From Promethearchaeota archaeon (lineage in GTDB: Archaea; Asgardarchaeota; Lokiarchaeia; Sigyniarchaeales; SOKP01), in contig JAUVXW010000012.1 in NCBI GenBank assembly GCA_030603385.1, positions 28,015-92,014 of the forward strand: a stretch of 64,000 bases of DNA. Direction: 5' to 3'. Below, one piece after another: positions 19,594 through 29,488 of this stretch (position 1 is its first letter; the number at the start of each line of letters is the position of its first letter). The notes beneath the pieces are model-generated. The model did no database searches. It was not told the origin of the DNA and saw only the letters and a program-made list of their open reading frames with translations. A program made the translations under genes and the position numbers.

Positions 19594-21328
19594 TCACGCT
19601 ATAACAAACTTTAAAAAATCAATATTATTCCATTTAGAAATTTTATTCAGGTCTATTTCAGAGAAAGTTTCAAATTTTAAACGATGGAATGGTATTTGAA
19701 ACATCCTCTCAAAGAAATCTGGACCATATTTAATACCATTTATATCAGTTCTGTGAAAAGCTGTATAATTTAATTTATCCTCATATATCCTTTTCCAAGA
19801 ATTTACCTTCCTGTCGATATTTTATTGTTATATATTGTTGAAATTTGAGCAAAATCTCTCTAGAATGTAGACGCTCACGAACTCGTTTTACCTGCTTTCT
19901 TGAAAGATTTGTTTCTTTACAAATCTTTTTTAAAGGTATGCGATTAATTATCCAATTAACCCAAGTGGATCTTGAAATTCCGTAGTATCTTTTTTTCTTG
20001 ATAAACCATTCGTTAAAGGCGCAAATATTACTATCCTTTATAAAATTTTCCCAATATATAAAGTCTAAGTTTAATTCTCCCCTATAGAATGACCAAAACC
20101 AAGTTTTTAGCTTTAGCTTATCTTCCTGTTCAAATATAGATTTTAAAAAATTTAATATTTTTAGATACTTTTTTTCATCCAATTTGCCAAGAAACTGTTC
20201 ATAAAGTAAAATTTCAATTACAGGCTTTAAAAATTCTTTATTCGCGTTATATCTACTACTTTTATTATAATCTCCGGAGAAGTAAGATGAAATTCTTTTT
20301 TTAATCTGCCTTACAGAAACCCCTATATCATAAAATTTCAATAAATATTCTTTAATTGTTTTATACTCAAATCCAAATGTCATCATCATGCTTACATCAT
20401 ACATTGGTAAATCGAGACCTATTCCACCACCACCTCCATGAATTTCGTTAAGACCATCAATCTTATAGTTTACTCCATCAATAAGACCTTCTATGTATAG
20501 TTTTTCTTTATGAATCGCAGTTGATATCGATTTATGTATTTCAAGAATTTCCCGTTCGAATAAATTTTCGCATTCTTTAACCAATGGCATTACTGCACCT
20601 CCTATCATATAAAATTTTTTATGACGAATTTGTGAATAATAATAACTAAAATCCTCTTCTGTCAAACCGTGAGTTTTTAGAGCTTGAATAATAACTTCTG
20701 CTTTCTTAGTCATAGTTCTTTTCGCTGAATATCTTATTATTGAGTCTGCAATATGTTGCGCAAATCGGATTTCTTCTTTTTCTGTAGTAACACCTAAATA
20801 ATACTTATTACCTTTGGATTCATCCAAAAATTGCCACTTATAAATAATCGCCCCATATGCTTTTTTATCTAAGGTTTTTTCAAAAAATCTATCTCCTACT
20901 AGAGCTCTAGTTACATAATCTCTGATAAACCACTCTCTGGTTTCGGGATTCTGATATTCATATATAGATAAATATTTCTTAGCAAATTTCGGACTTATTT
21001 CATCAAGATATAATGGAAATCTATGTGATTTAATTAGATTATCAAGAATTATATCCACTTTCTCAAATAGAATGAAGTATTTTTTTTTAAAATTTCGCTT
21101 ATAGTTCTCATACCAGCTTAATTCAACTTCCGATCTTGATATTTGAATAATCTCTTCTTCTTTATTAATTACACCGATTTCCTTTTTGGATTTAAGAAAT
21201 TCAAATTTTAATTGATCAAATGGATTAAAATTTTCGATATATTTGTTGAAATTATTAAAGCTATTGCCCTGATTTCGAGGTCTTGAACCTCTTTTATGAC
21301 AGCGATTATCGATTTTTCGCGGACTCAT
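19594..21328 (-). CDS. GIY-YIG nuclease-domain protein, apparently frameshifted near its 3' end
   Basis: AIIYKW..YYLGVT..EIRFAQH..KEKLYI..GLNEIHGG; ORF 19781-21328 plus a 65-codon open frame continuing to the TGA at 19594-19596. Confidence 0.65.
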
Positions 21329-21670
21329 GGTACCTCCATCTTTTTAATTTTTAATAGATACAACAATATTTTGTGATAATCTTGACTCATCGGTTTCCCA
21401 CTCATTTTGTCTTTTAGTTATGAAAATTCTCTAAAAAATTGCTTTCTGAATTTATTGCATTTATTATGCTTATTTATTAATTAGGGGTATGGATTAAAAA
21501 TCTTTAATATAAATATATAAAAAGAGAGTGTTGAAAATTAGTTATTATAATTTTTGTCGATTAAAGTTGAGTTTAAAGAAAATTCAAATAACTCTTTTAT
21601 TAAGAGCTTATTATAGTTGAGAATTTTTTTAAAAAAAATATCAGAAAATATTCGAGTTTAGAATCTAACT

Positions 21671-22138
21671 TTAGAAATTTCTTGGATTGATCTTTCTTTC
21701 TCTCTTAATAATTTCTTTCCAGTTTGGTTCTATTGCGTCAAAGGTTTCTTGGGCAAGATTCTTGACTTCTTCATCGGAAGAACTAAGAAATGTTCCAATA
21801 TACTCTAAGGCTCTTTTATCTTTAATTTTTTTTAAAGCCTCTATTATATAAATAATCCTATACCGATCTATCTCGGAGGCATTTAATTCATCTTGAAGTT
21901 TTTCTATAATCCTTAAAGTTGCTCGACCATCTCCAATCCTTCCTAGAGCTTCTATGATCTTGTTAATAACGAGATGATCTTCTTCTGATCTTAAAGCACG
22001 ACAAAGTAAATTTACAGACCTACCTTCTTTCATAATTCCAAGTTCTCTTGCTGCATCGGCTCTTTTTTGCCATTCCTCATCGTGAAAGAGCTGTTTTATT
22101 AATGAGTTAAATTTAACATTTTGTTCATGCCAATTCAT
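21671..22138 (-). CDS. HEAT-repeat protein
   Basis: RADAARELG, IIEALGRIGD and IIEALKKIKD repeats. Confidence 0.85.
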   Translation of the reverse strand: MNWHEQNVKFNSLIKQLFHDEEWQKRADAARELGIMKEGRSVNLLCRALRSEEDHLVINKIIEALGRIGDGRATLRIIEKLQDELNASEIDRYRIIYIIEALKKIKDKRALEYIGTFLSSSDEEVKNLAQETFDAIEPNWKEIIKRERKINPRNF

Positions 22139-22205
22139 TATTCAAGTAAAGCTTAATATTGAAATTATTATAAGTTGATGATTATAAAATATAAAAATAT
22201 TATTC

Positions 22206-23525
22206 TTATTTTTTAAGAAGAGAATTCATATGATCTATTCGTTTTTGCAATAATTTTAGAGTTCCTACATCTTTCCTATGAAATAATTTACCTTTGATAC
22301 ATCCTACTCCGGCTTCCGCAATTTTTTCGGCTTTTTCAAGAGTATCAGAGATTCCTAACACACCCATTGCTCTAGAGGTTGTTGTATAGACATTTTGTCC
22401 TTCTCTATAAACTGATGCGTAATAATATTTTGCACCAGTCTTATCTAGTTTTTTCTTATCAATAAGAATTTGTTCGTCTCTTTTTGGATTCATTGGATAG
22501 CCTTCAGGAGCAAGATATTTACATACAGATGCTTTTTTCTCAAATTCATAACTTTTGGATAAGTTACCATTAATGATAGCCCAACAGATATCAACAAAAT
22601 TACTTTTAAGAAGAGGTAAAAGATTCATTGCCTCGGGATCACCCAATCGAGAATTATATTCAATTAATTTAATACCAGATGCAGTTTTCATGAATTGTCC
22701 ATACAAAAAACCTTTATATTCTACACCCGTTTCTGCCTTAACTGCTGCTACTGTTTTTTTCATATCTGCGAGGGCTTCATTAACATCATTTTGAGTGAAA
22801 AAGGGCATGAGATGATCTTCCATGCTATATGATCCCATTCCTCCCGTATTTGGACCCTTGTCATCTTCATAAGCTCTTTTGTGGTCTTGAACTAATGGAG
22901 AACCTATTACATTTTTCCCATCAACAAAAGCCTGTAGTGTAAACTCCTCTCCATCACATTTTTCCTCTAAGAGAAATCTATTTTTTTTATCTACCAATTC
23001 ATTACAATACTCTAAGATATCCTTTTTTGAAAAAAGGTGATCACCATAAACTTTTACTCCTTTACCTCCTGTAAGCCCTTCTGGTTTAACGACAATATTA
23101 TCTTCACCCATATCCTTTATATAACTTTCAACGCCTTCCATAGAATCAAATATTTTGCTCATAATGTTTGATTGGATTTTATATTTTTCAAGCAGCTCTC
23201 TCATGAAAACCTTAGAACCTTCTAATTGAGCCGCTTCTATTTTCGGTCCAACACAAGGGATCCCACCTTTTTCTAAAGCGTCAACTATTCCAACTACTAA
23301 AGGAGCTTCTGGTCCAATAACGGCAAAATCTATACTATTTTTTTTACAAAATTCAAGTATTTTTTGAAAATCGGTTTCGGAGTGAATTTCAATATTTTTA
23401 CTCAAATCTTCTAATCCCGCATTCTTAAAACTCATGAAAGAAAATAAGCTTGCTCCTCCTCTAACAAGAGTTTCCCCGACAACGTGTTCCCTGGCGCCAT
23501 GCCCTACAATCAAACAATTTACCAT
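22206..23525 (-). CDS. purD: Phosphoribosylamine--glycine ligase
   Basis: GAREH, GPEAPL, LEGSK, GKGV, QDHKRAY..D.GPNTGGMG, EYNSRLGDPE. Confidence 0.97.
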   Translation of the reverse strand: MVNCLIVGHGAREHVVGETLVRGGASLFSFMSFKNAGLEDLSKNIEIHSETDFQKILEFCKKNSIDFAVIGPEAPLVVGIVDALEKGGIPCVGPKIEAAQLEGSKVFMRELLEKYKIQSNIMSKIFDSMEGVESYIKDMGEDNIVVKPEGLTGGKGVKVYGDHLFSKKDILEYCNELVDKKNRFLLEEKCDGEEFTLQAFVDGKNVIGSPLVQDHKRAYEDDKGPNTGGMGSYSMEDHLMPFFTQNDVNEALADMKKTVAAVKAETGVEYKGFLYGQFMKTASGIKLIEYNSRLGDPEAMNLLPLLKSNFVDICWAIINGNLSKSYEFEKKASVCKYLAPEGYPMNPKRDEQILIDKKKLDKTGAKYYYASVYREGQNVYTTTSRAMGVLGISDTLEKAEKIAEAGVGCIKGKLFHRKDVGTLKLLQKRIDHMNSLLKK

Positions 23526-23778
23526 TATTTTTCAACACAAGAAATGTATCTATTTTAATTAATTATAATTACTAACTAGATTAACAAATAATTTTAACAT
23601 TAATTATTAACCAAGTAATTACTGCTATCTTAAAGAAAGACTTTTAATACTTTTAAAAAGCCCTTAAAATTAAAATCCAAATTTCAAATAGGTAAAAGAA
23701 GTTTTTATAAGGTTTTTAAGAAGCAAAAATAGAGTCTACTATATGATATAGTTCATCTATATTTTATTTAAATCGGAA

Positions 23779-24345
23779 TTATTCCATTTTTGCACCACAT
23801 TTAGCACAAAACTTGGCATCTAACGGTAATTCATGCCCACAACTTGAACATATTTTAGTTTTTTTCTCTTCTTTTTGTTTTTCTCCGAGTTTAGCTCCAC
23901 ATATAGGACAGAATTTAGCATCACTTTCAATTTCCTCTCCACAAAACGGACAATTAACTTTTGTTAAAGGTTTTTCAAAAACAGGTTGCGCTTGTTGTAT
24001 AGAAGGTCTTAATGGAATTTGGACATTTCCAGCTCTAACTTCGATTGGTAATGTTAAAATGACATTGTTTCTTGATGAAAGTGTAGCTGTTAAAGTAAAA
24101 ATACCTTCCGCTTTAGGTATAATTGAAAATAATCTACTTTTCTTGTACTTATTCCCAATCCCTCCATAACGCTCAGATCTAATTAAAATTCTAATTTCTG
24201 GAGGCCCATTAAGCATTACTCTTACTTGGGGAAGATACTTACCGTGAAAATTTTGAACAACTAAATAAAATTCTTGTTTTTTATGTAAAGAACCGTATAC
24301 TGCTTCTGCGTCGTTCTTTAAACCAAATTTTATTTGATTACTCAT
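23779..24345 (-). CDS. Double zinc-ribbon protein with N-terminal Ig-like domain
   Basis: CPFCG..FCPICG and CSSCG..FCAKCG. Confidence 0.8.
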   Translation of the reverse strand: MSNQIKFGLKNDAEAVYGSLHKKQEFYLVVQNFHGKYLPQVRVMLNGPPEIRILIRSERYGGIGNKYKKSRLFSIIPKAEGIFTLTATLSSRNNVILTLPIEVRAGNVQIPLRPSIQQAQPVFEKPLTKVNCPFCGEEIESDAKFCPICGAKLGEKQKEEKKTKICSSCGHELPLDAKFCAKCGAKME

Positions 24346-24500
24346 TTTCTTTAATCCTTTTTAAGATTTATAGAATTTTATAATGATTTCAATATTTAAA
24401 TTTTTCTATATTCAGTACTATAAAATTGAGATTTAATATAAATCAATCTAATCTTAATAAAATAGAATTAAATATTTGAACATAAAAATCAGACTAATTC

Positions 24501-25097
24501 CTAATCTTTCTTTTGGATTTCTTCTTTATTCGAAAATTTACGGTACGCAAATATTATTCTTTGAAGTACTGTAAAGTTAGTACCCACAGCTAGTACCACC
24601 ATTGTCCACCAAAATGATGTAGAAAACCAAAGTTGTAAGATTGATCCTATAAACAAAATGGGAACTCGGTCTGTTCGCTCTATCAACCCCACACCATAAA
24701 GATTATCAATTCCTAAAGCCTCAATCTTAGCTCGAGTGTATGACGTTAAAAAAGCGCCTATTAAAACTAATAAGCCAATTTCAATTTTCGTGTATCCTCC
24801 AAGGATAACACCAGTAAATATAAAAAAGTCTCCTATTCTATCTAATGTTGAGTCTAAAAATGCCCCCAATTTTGTTGGTCCTTGAAGTCGAGCAACAACC
24901 CCATCTAGTTGGTCGAAAAATTCTGTAATAAATAAGCAGATAATAATAAAAAACAAAATGTTAAAAATAAAACTGAAAAAAGTTAAAATGGCAAAGAGTA
25001 ATCCTAAAGATGTAATAACATTGGCGGGGATTCTTTTTATTTTGCGAGCTAATGGTAACAATAATTTTCCTGAGAACTTTTTCACTTGTAATAACAT
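24501..25097 (-). CDS. CDP-alcohol phosphatidyltransferase (archaetidylinositol-phosphate synthase-like)
   Basis: DQLDGVVAR..GAFLDSTLDR signature; SYTRAKIE..GLIERTDR. Confidence 0.9.
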   Translation of the reverse strand: MLLQVKKFSGKLLLPLARKIKRIPANVITSLGLLFAILTFFSFIFNILFFIIICLFITEFFDQLDGVVARLQGPTKLGAFLDSTLDRIGDFFIFTGVILGGYTKIEIGLLVLIGAFLTSYTRAKIEALGIDNLYGVGLIERTDRVPILFIGSILQLWFSTSFWWTMVVLAVGTNFTVLQRIIFAYRKFSNKEEIQKKD

Positions 25098-25161
25098 GCT
25101 AACTTACACCTATTAATGTTATATACAATAAAAATAGTATAAAAGAAAAAAAAGAAATTAA

Positions 25162-26658
25162 TTATAATCTATAAATTAGTTTGAATTTTTCCTCAATATA
25201 TTTTAAAAAGTAGTCTGTATTCAAGTCTTCTCCAGTAACCCTTTTTATTAGATCATTAGCTCTGTAGATACTACCAAACTGATGTATTTCCTCTTTTAAA
25301 TAATTCAACAGATTCGAGAATTCACCTTTTTTGTAATCATCAGGTAAATTAGGCATCTTCTCTAAAACTTTTGCATATATCTGTGTTCCATATAGATTCC
25401 CAAGAAAATAAGTAGGGAAATACCCTATGCTTCCACCTGACCAATGAACATCCTGCAAAACTCCTTGTGCATCATTAGGCGGAACAATTCCTAACAATTC
25501 TTCAAATTTAGAATTCCATATCTCAGGTAACTCACTTACTTGAATTTTCCCTTCAATAAGATCTTTTTCGATTTCAAATCTTAAAATAATATGCAAACCA
25601 TATGTTACTTCATCCGCATTTACTCTAATGAAAGATGGTTGAACAATATTAATGGCTCTATGAAATTCTTCCATAGGAACATCTTTTAAATTTTCCGGAA
25701 AGTATTCTTGAAAAGTTGGATACCAATACATCCAAAATTCTTTGCTTCTGCCAACGATGTTCTCCCACATGCGACTTTGTGATTCATGAATTCCCATTGA
25801 AGTACCAGTGCATAGTATTGTATCGTGAAGCTCTTTTTTAATTCCCATCTCATAAATTGCATGACCATACTCGTGGATTGTACTTGTAATGCAATCTGGA
25901 AAGGGTTCCGTAGTTCTTGTAGTAATCCTAACATCCATGGACGCAAGAGATGTTGTAAATGGATGTGTTACCTTATCTTGACGCCCATAACCAAAATCAA
26001 AATTTAATTTTTTAATAATTTTACTACTTAGTTCAAATTGTTTATCTTCATCATAATGCTTCTTAAATATAGAACCATCAGGTTTATCTGAAGAAGAATT
26101 TAGCTTCTTAACAAAATCAATTAATTTTGGTTTAATTGGATTAAAGATGTTAGCAATCCAGTCATAGGTTGCTCCTGGTTCGTATAAGTCTATCAGCGTA
26201 GAATATAAATCAGGATGAGTTCCAAGTTTTTCTGCTTTTTCTTTCTGCAATTCAACCGTTTTTTCTAATAATTTTTGGAAAATTGAAAAATCACTTTTTG
26301 CTCTTGCTTCTCTCCACTCTTTCGCAGCTAAAATACTCGTTTCCGCAATTTCTGTGACTAACTTTTCAGGTAATTTAATCGCAAGATTATATTCCCGAGT
26401 AATCTCTCGCAACATAGCACTTTCAATTTCGTTGAGATCAAGTTTTTCGGCTTCCTTTATTAATCTCCCAACTTTTTCAGAAGTAACTCTCTGATGTATT
26501 AATTTTTCTATTAAAGAAACTTGTTTAGACCTTCCTTCAAGCCCCTTATACTCCATCATATTCACCTCTTGGTCCCAACTTAAAAGCGCTTGAATATAAT
26601 GCAATCTCATTATTTCAGCAAAATGTTCTCGAAGTTCTTTTATAGCATTCATTTTCAA
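25162..26658 (-). CDS. Carboxypeptidase, M32 family
   Basis: HPF, HEYGH, HESQ, IRVNADE, LQDVHW, GYFPTY. Confidence 0.95.
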   Translation of the reverse strand: MKMNAIKELREHFAEIMRLHYIQALLSWDQEVNMMEYKGLEGRSKQVSLIEKLIHQRVTSEKVGRLIKEAEKLDLNEIESAMLREITREYNLAIKLPEKLVTEIAETSILAAKEWREARAKSDFSIFQKLLEKTVELQKEKAEKLGTHPDLYSTLIDLYEPGATYDWIANIFNPIKPKLIDFVKKLNSSSDKPDGSIFKKHYDEDKQFELSSKIIKKLNFDFGYGRQDKVTHPFTTSLASMDVRITTRTTEPFPDCITSTIHEYGHAIYEMGIKKELHDTILCTGTSMGIHESQSRMWENIVGRSKEFWMYWYPTFQEYFPENLKDVPMEEFHRAINIVQPSFIRVNADEVTYGLHIILRFEIEKDLIEGKIQVSELPEIWNSKFEELLGIVPPNDAQGVLQDVHWSGGSIGYFPTYFLGNLYGTQIYAKVLEKMPNLPDDYKKGEFSNLLNYLKEEIHQFGSIYRANDLIKRVTGEDLNTDYFLKYIEEKFKLIYRL

Positions 26659-26787
26659 AACCTTTATTTTATATTTAAAGAAAATAGTAGTACTTTTGCA
26701 ATAAAGTTTTTCTAATAATATTGAGAATATTTAATTCTTTTAAAGGAAGTAAGATATGAACTTTTGTTGAACTATATTTTATTTAGT

Positions 26788-28347
26788 TTAGACAGATTGT
26801 TCTTGTTTTATAAAAAAACCAGCAGCTAATTTAACATCCTCTATAGTTAAGGGTCGTCCTAAGGATTGCTCTAAATCAGTGACCAATTGTTCACACAATT
26901 TCAAACTAAGTGAACTTCCTTTTTCAGAAATTATTTTTTGAACTTCTTTGGCAAAGTCAGAGATCTTTGGTTTTTTAATTTCTTTCGCTAAATCTTCATG
27001 AGGAGGAAATAATTCCATAGGCATTTTTAATTCAGATTTATTTGTTTTTTCTTTACTTTTAGTGAATATCACAGGTTTAACTGGTTTAGAAGGTATTTCA
27101 GAAGGTTTTATAAGTTTTAGTCCTAATGGTTTAGTTTCTAATTTTTGAAAAGAAACCATGTTCCTGGCAGATTTTGCAGAGGGGGGAATAATTTCTTCTT
27201 TAGTTTCTTTTTGACTAACTGGTTCAACAGTAGGTGCAGTAGTGGGAAGAGGTTTAACTTTAATCTTCTTTTTAAATTTTAATTCTCTAGGGATTTCAAA
27301 TTCCATTTCTTTCGCGAGTTCTTTCCTAAGCTCTTTCTGCTCTTTTAATTTTACACTAAGTTCACGCACTTTTTGTTGAAAAAGATTAACGTGTTCAAAA
27401 TTTTGGTAGGCTGTGGCGATTTTAACAAGTTCTCTATACTTTGCTAATGCATGGATGATATTTCCGACATTAAACAAATTTTCTGCTTCTTTTACTAATT
27501 CTTCAAAATTTTTTGGTAGCTCTTTTTTTAATTCTAAAGATTCTTTAATTAGAGCTTGAAATTGTGATTTAGCATCTGGAGAATTTAAAGATATTTCCTC
27601 AAAATCAGAAAAATTTAAATCATTCTTAATTCGTTTAATGTCTTCATCAGCCACTAAATCTCGTTTATTTCCGACAATTAATAGTTTAGAAAGATTACTG
27701 TCCATTTTCTGAATATTCATGAAATGATTCATTATTTTTAAATGGTAATTTGCTAAATTAAATACGAAAATTACTAAATCAGAACCTTTGACGAATTTAG
27801 ACCATAATAATGAAAAATTATCTCGTAATTGGAAATCCCAAATTTCAAAAGTTAATCCATCAATACTTAAAGTAGATGATTTCGCAAAATCCATTATCAC
27901 TTTTTCATTATTACTTCTCAGCAAACCATAAAGTGTGGTCTTACCTGCATTAGTTGGACCGATAATTGATATTTTTGAGTGCATATCTCTTTGAACTTGA
28001 TTAAGAAAACTCAAGAACTCATCTAGCTGCTCAGTATATTCTTTGAATTTTATAGGATCTGGAAATAATTCTTGGAATTTATTCATAACCTTTACCATTA
28101 TTACTTCTATGTATTGAAGTGAATCAACAAGGTCCGTTACAAATAAGAAGTATAAGCCGTCTTTACCTTTGTGGAAGATCTGAAAATTTGAGATTTTTCT
28201 GTTAATAATTTTACCAGGTATAGGCATTTCCATGTATTTGTTAATGGTTTCAAGAATATTTTTTAATTCTTCACTTCCAAAAGCTATAGCAAAATCCTTA
28301 ACAAAAATATGTTCTTTTTCAGAAAAGATATGAACTTGACGAAGCAT
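26788..28347 (-). CDS. Longin-like domain fused to a degenerate small GTPase with helical/low-complexity C-terminus
   Basis: N-terminal longin-like pattern (..KDGLYFLFVTD..KFQELF); G1 GPTNAGKTT, G4 NKRD; G3 reads WDFQL. Confidence 0.7.
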   Translation of the reverse strand: MLRQVHIFSEKEHIFVKDFAIAFGSEELKNILETINKYMEMPIPGKIINRKISNFQIFHKGKDGLYFLFVTDLVDSLQYIEVIMVKVMNKFQELFPDPIKFKEYTEQLDEFLSFLNQVQRDMHSKISIIGPTNAGKTTLYGLLRSNNEKVIMDFAKSSTLSIDGLTFEIWDFQLRDNFSLLWSKFVKGSDLVIFVFNLANYHLKIMNHFMNIQKMDSNLSKLLIVGNKRDLVADEDIKRIKNDLNFSDFEEISLNSPDAKSQFQALIKESLELKKELPKNFEELVKEAENLFNVGNIIHALAKYRELVKIATAYQNFEHVNLFQQKVRELSVKLKEQKELRKELAKEMEFEIPRELKFKKKIKVKPLPTTAPTVEPVSQKETKEEIIPPSAKSARNMVSFQKLETKPLGLKLIKPSEIPSKPVKPVIFTKSKEKTNKSELKMPMELFPPHEDLAKEIKKPKISDFAKEVQKIISEKGSSLSLKLCEQLVTDLEQSLGRPLTIEDVKLAAGFFIKQEQSV

Positions 28348-28516
28348 GATACATTAATTCTAAAGAAATACTAATTAATAATTCTTTATAATTAAGTTAC
28401 TAGTAAGTTTTACCATCTTTTATAATATTTTAGAAAAACAATAAAAATTATTAGATTTTAATCATTTCTTTATCATAGGATAAGTTAGATAAAACTAAAT
28501 TTAAGAAATTCCTAAG

Positions 28517-29473
28517 ATGCCTTTAACTCCTGATAAGATTTTAAAATTTCTAGACAATGAATCAGAGACAAAATTTAAATCGGAATTATTAGATTTATTA
28601 AGGAAACGAATAGATAAACTTTGTTTTGACGAATGCGAAAAAGATAGGATACTTTGTACCTTGACACCACTTTGTAGTCGCAGATTTTTACTTAAACTAC
28701 GAATAAAAAATGATCTTAAGTTAGATGAATTGCCTAAGTTCTGTTATAGTGTTCATAAGGGTGTTATTGAAAGGTTTTTCAGAAATAAGACTATCGTTTA
28801 CAGACCATATGATGCTTACCTATATCTAATTGATTTTTTGGATGTATTTTTTCATGGAGATTATCGTAAATTAAATAAGTTTTTGTCTTTTAAAAATTGG
28901 GATGAAGCGTTTAAGATATTTGATGATCGAATACACAATAGGAATGAAAAATTCGATTATCTTTTAACAGAGAACTATTTAGTTTTTAAATTTGAAGATA
29001 GGATCCATGTAATATTTCTGAATGAAATATATGTCTTATGTAATGCAAATCGGGAGAAAATCCCTGACCTTGAGCTATTAGAAGGTATTTGCAAGCTTTA
29101 TTCTGGGATTAATTTCCCTGAAGTAAAATTGAGACAAAGACAATCCAAACATGTAGAAATTACTGTTAAGGTTCCTTATGATGTGTTAAATGAAATATCA
29201 ACAGAACCTTCTATAAAAAATGATTCTAAAGCAGATCAATATTTTTGGAATACATTTTGGGAAGACCTTAATGCTTTGACTCAATATTGTGATGAAATAC
29301 ATCTACAAATGGATAAAAATCAAAACTTAGAGATAATATTATATCTTAGAACTGAAACTAGTAATTACGATGAAGAAGAAAATCCTGTACCTCTTAGATT
29401 TAGGGATTTAGGGCTAATATTAAATTTTATAAATCGTATTTATCAAGATTATTATATAATTTATTTGGATTAA
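28517..29473 (+). CDS. Hypothetical protein with N-terminal Cys cluster
   Basis: 318 aa; CFDECEKDRILCTLTPLC and CYSVH. Confidence 0.7.
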   Translation: MPLTPDKILKFLDNESETKFKSELLDLLRKRIDKLCFDECEKDRILCTLTPLCSRRFLLKLRIKNDLKLDELPKFCYSVHKGVIERFFRNKTIVYRPYDAYLYLIDFLDVFFHGDYRKLNKFLSFKNWDEAFKIFDDRIHNRNEKFDYLLTENYLVFKFEDRIHVIFLNEIYVLCNANREKIPDLELLEGICKLYSGINFPEVKLRQRQSKHVEITVKVPYDVLNEISTEPSIKNDSKADQYFWNTFWEDLNALTQYCDEIHLQMDKNQNLEIILYLRTETSNYDEEENPVPLRFRDLGLILNFINRIYQDYYIIYLD

Positions 29474-29488
29474 AAAAAGAAAAATTAT

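Noticed and set aside
21658-21700. Possible frameshift at the end of the HEAT gene (alternative end ERSIQEISKVRF*)
   Set aside because: The alternative frame is too short to support without homolog alignment
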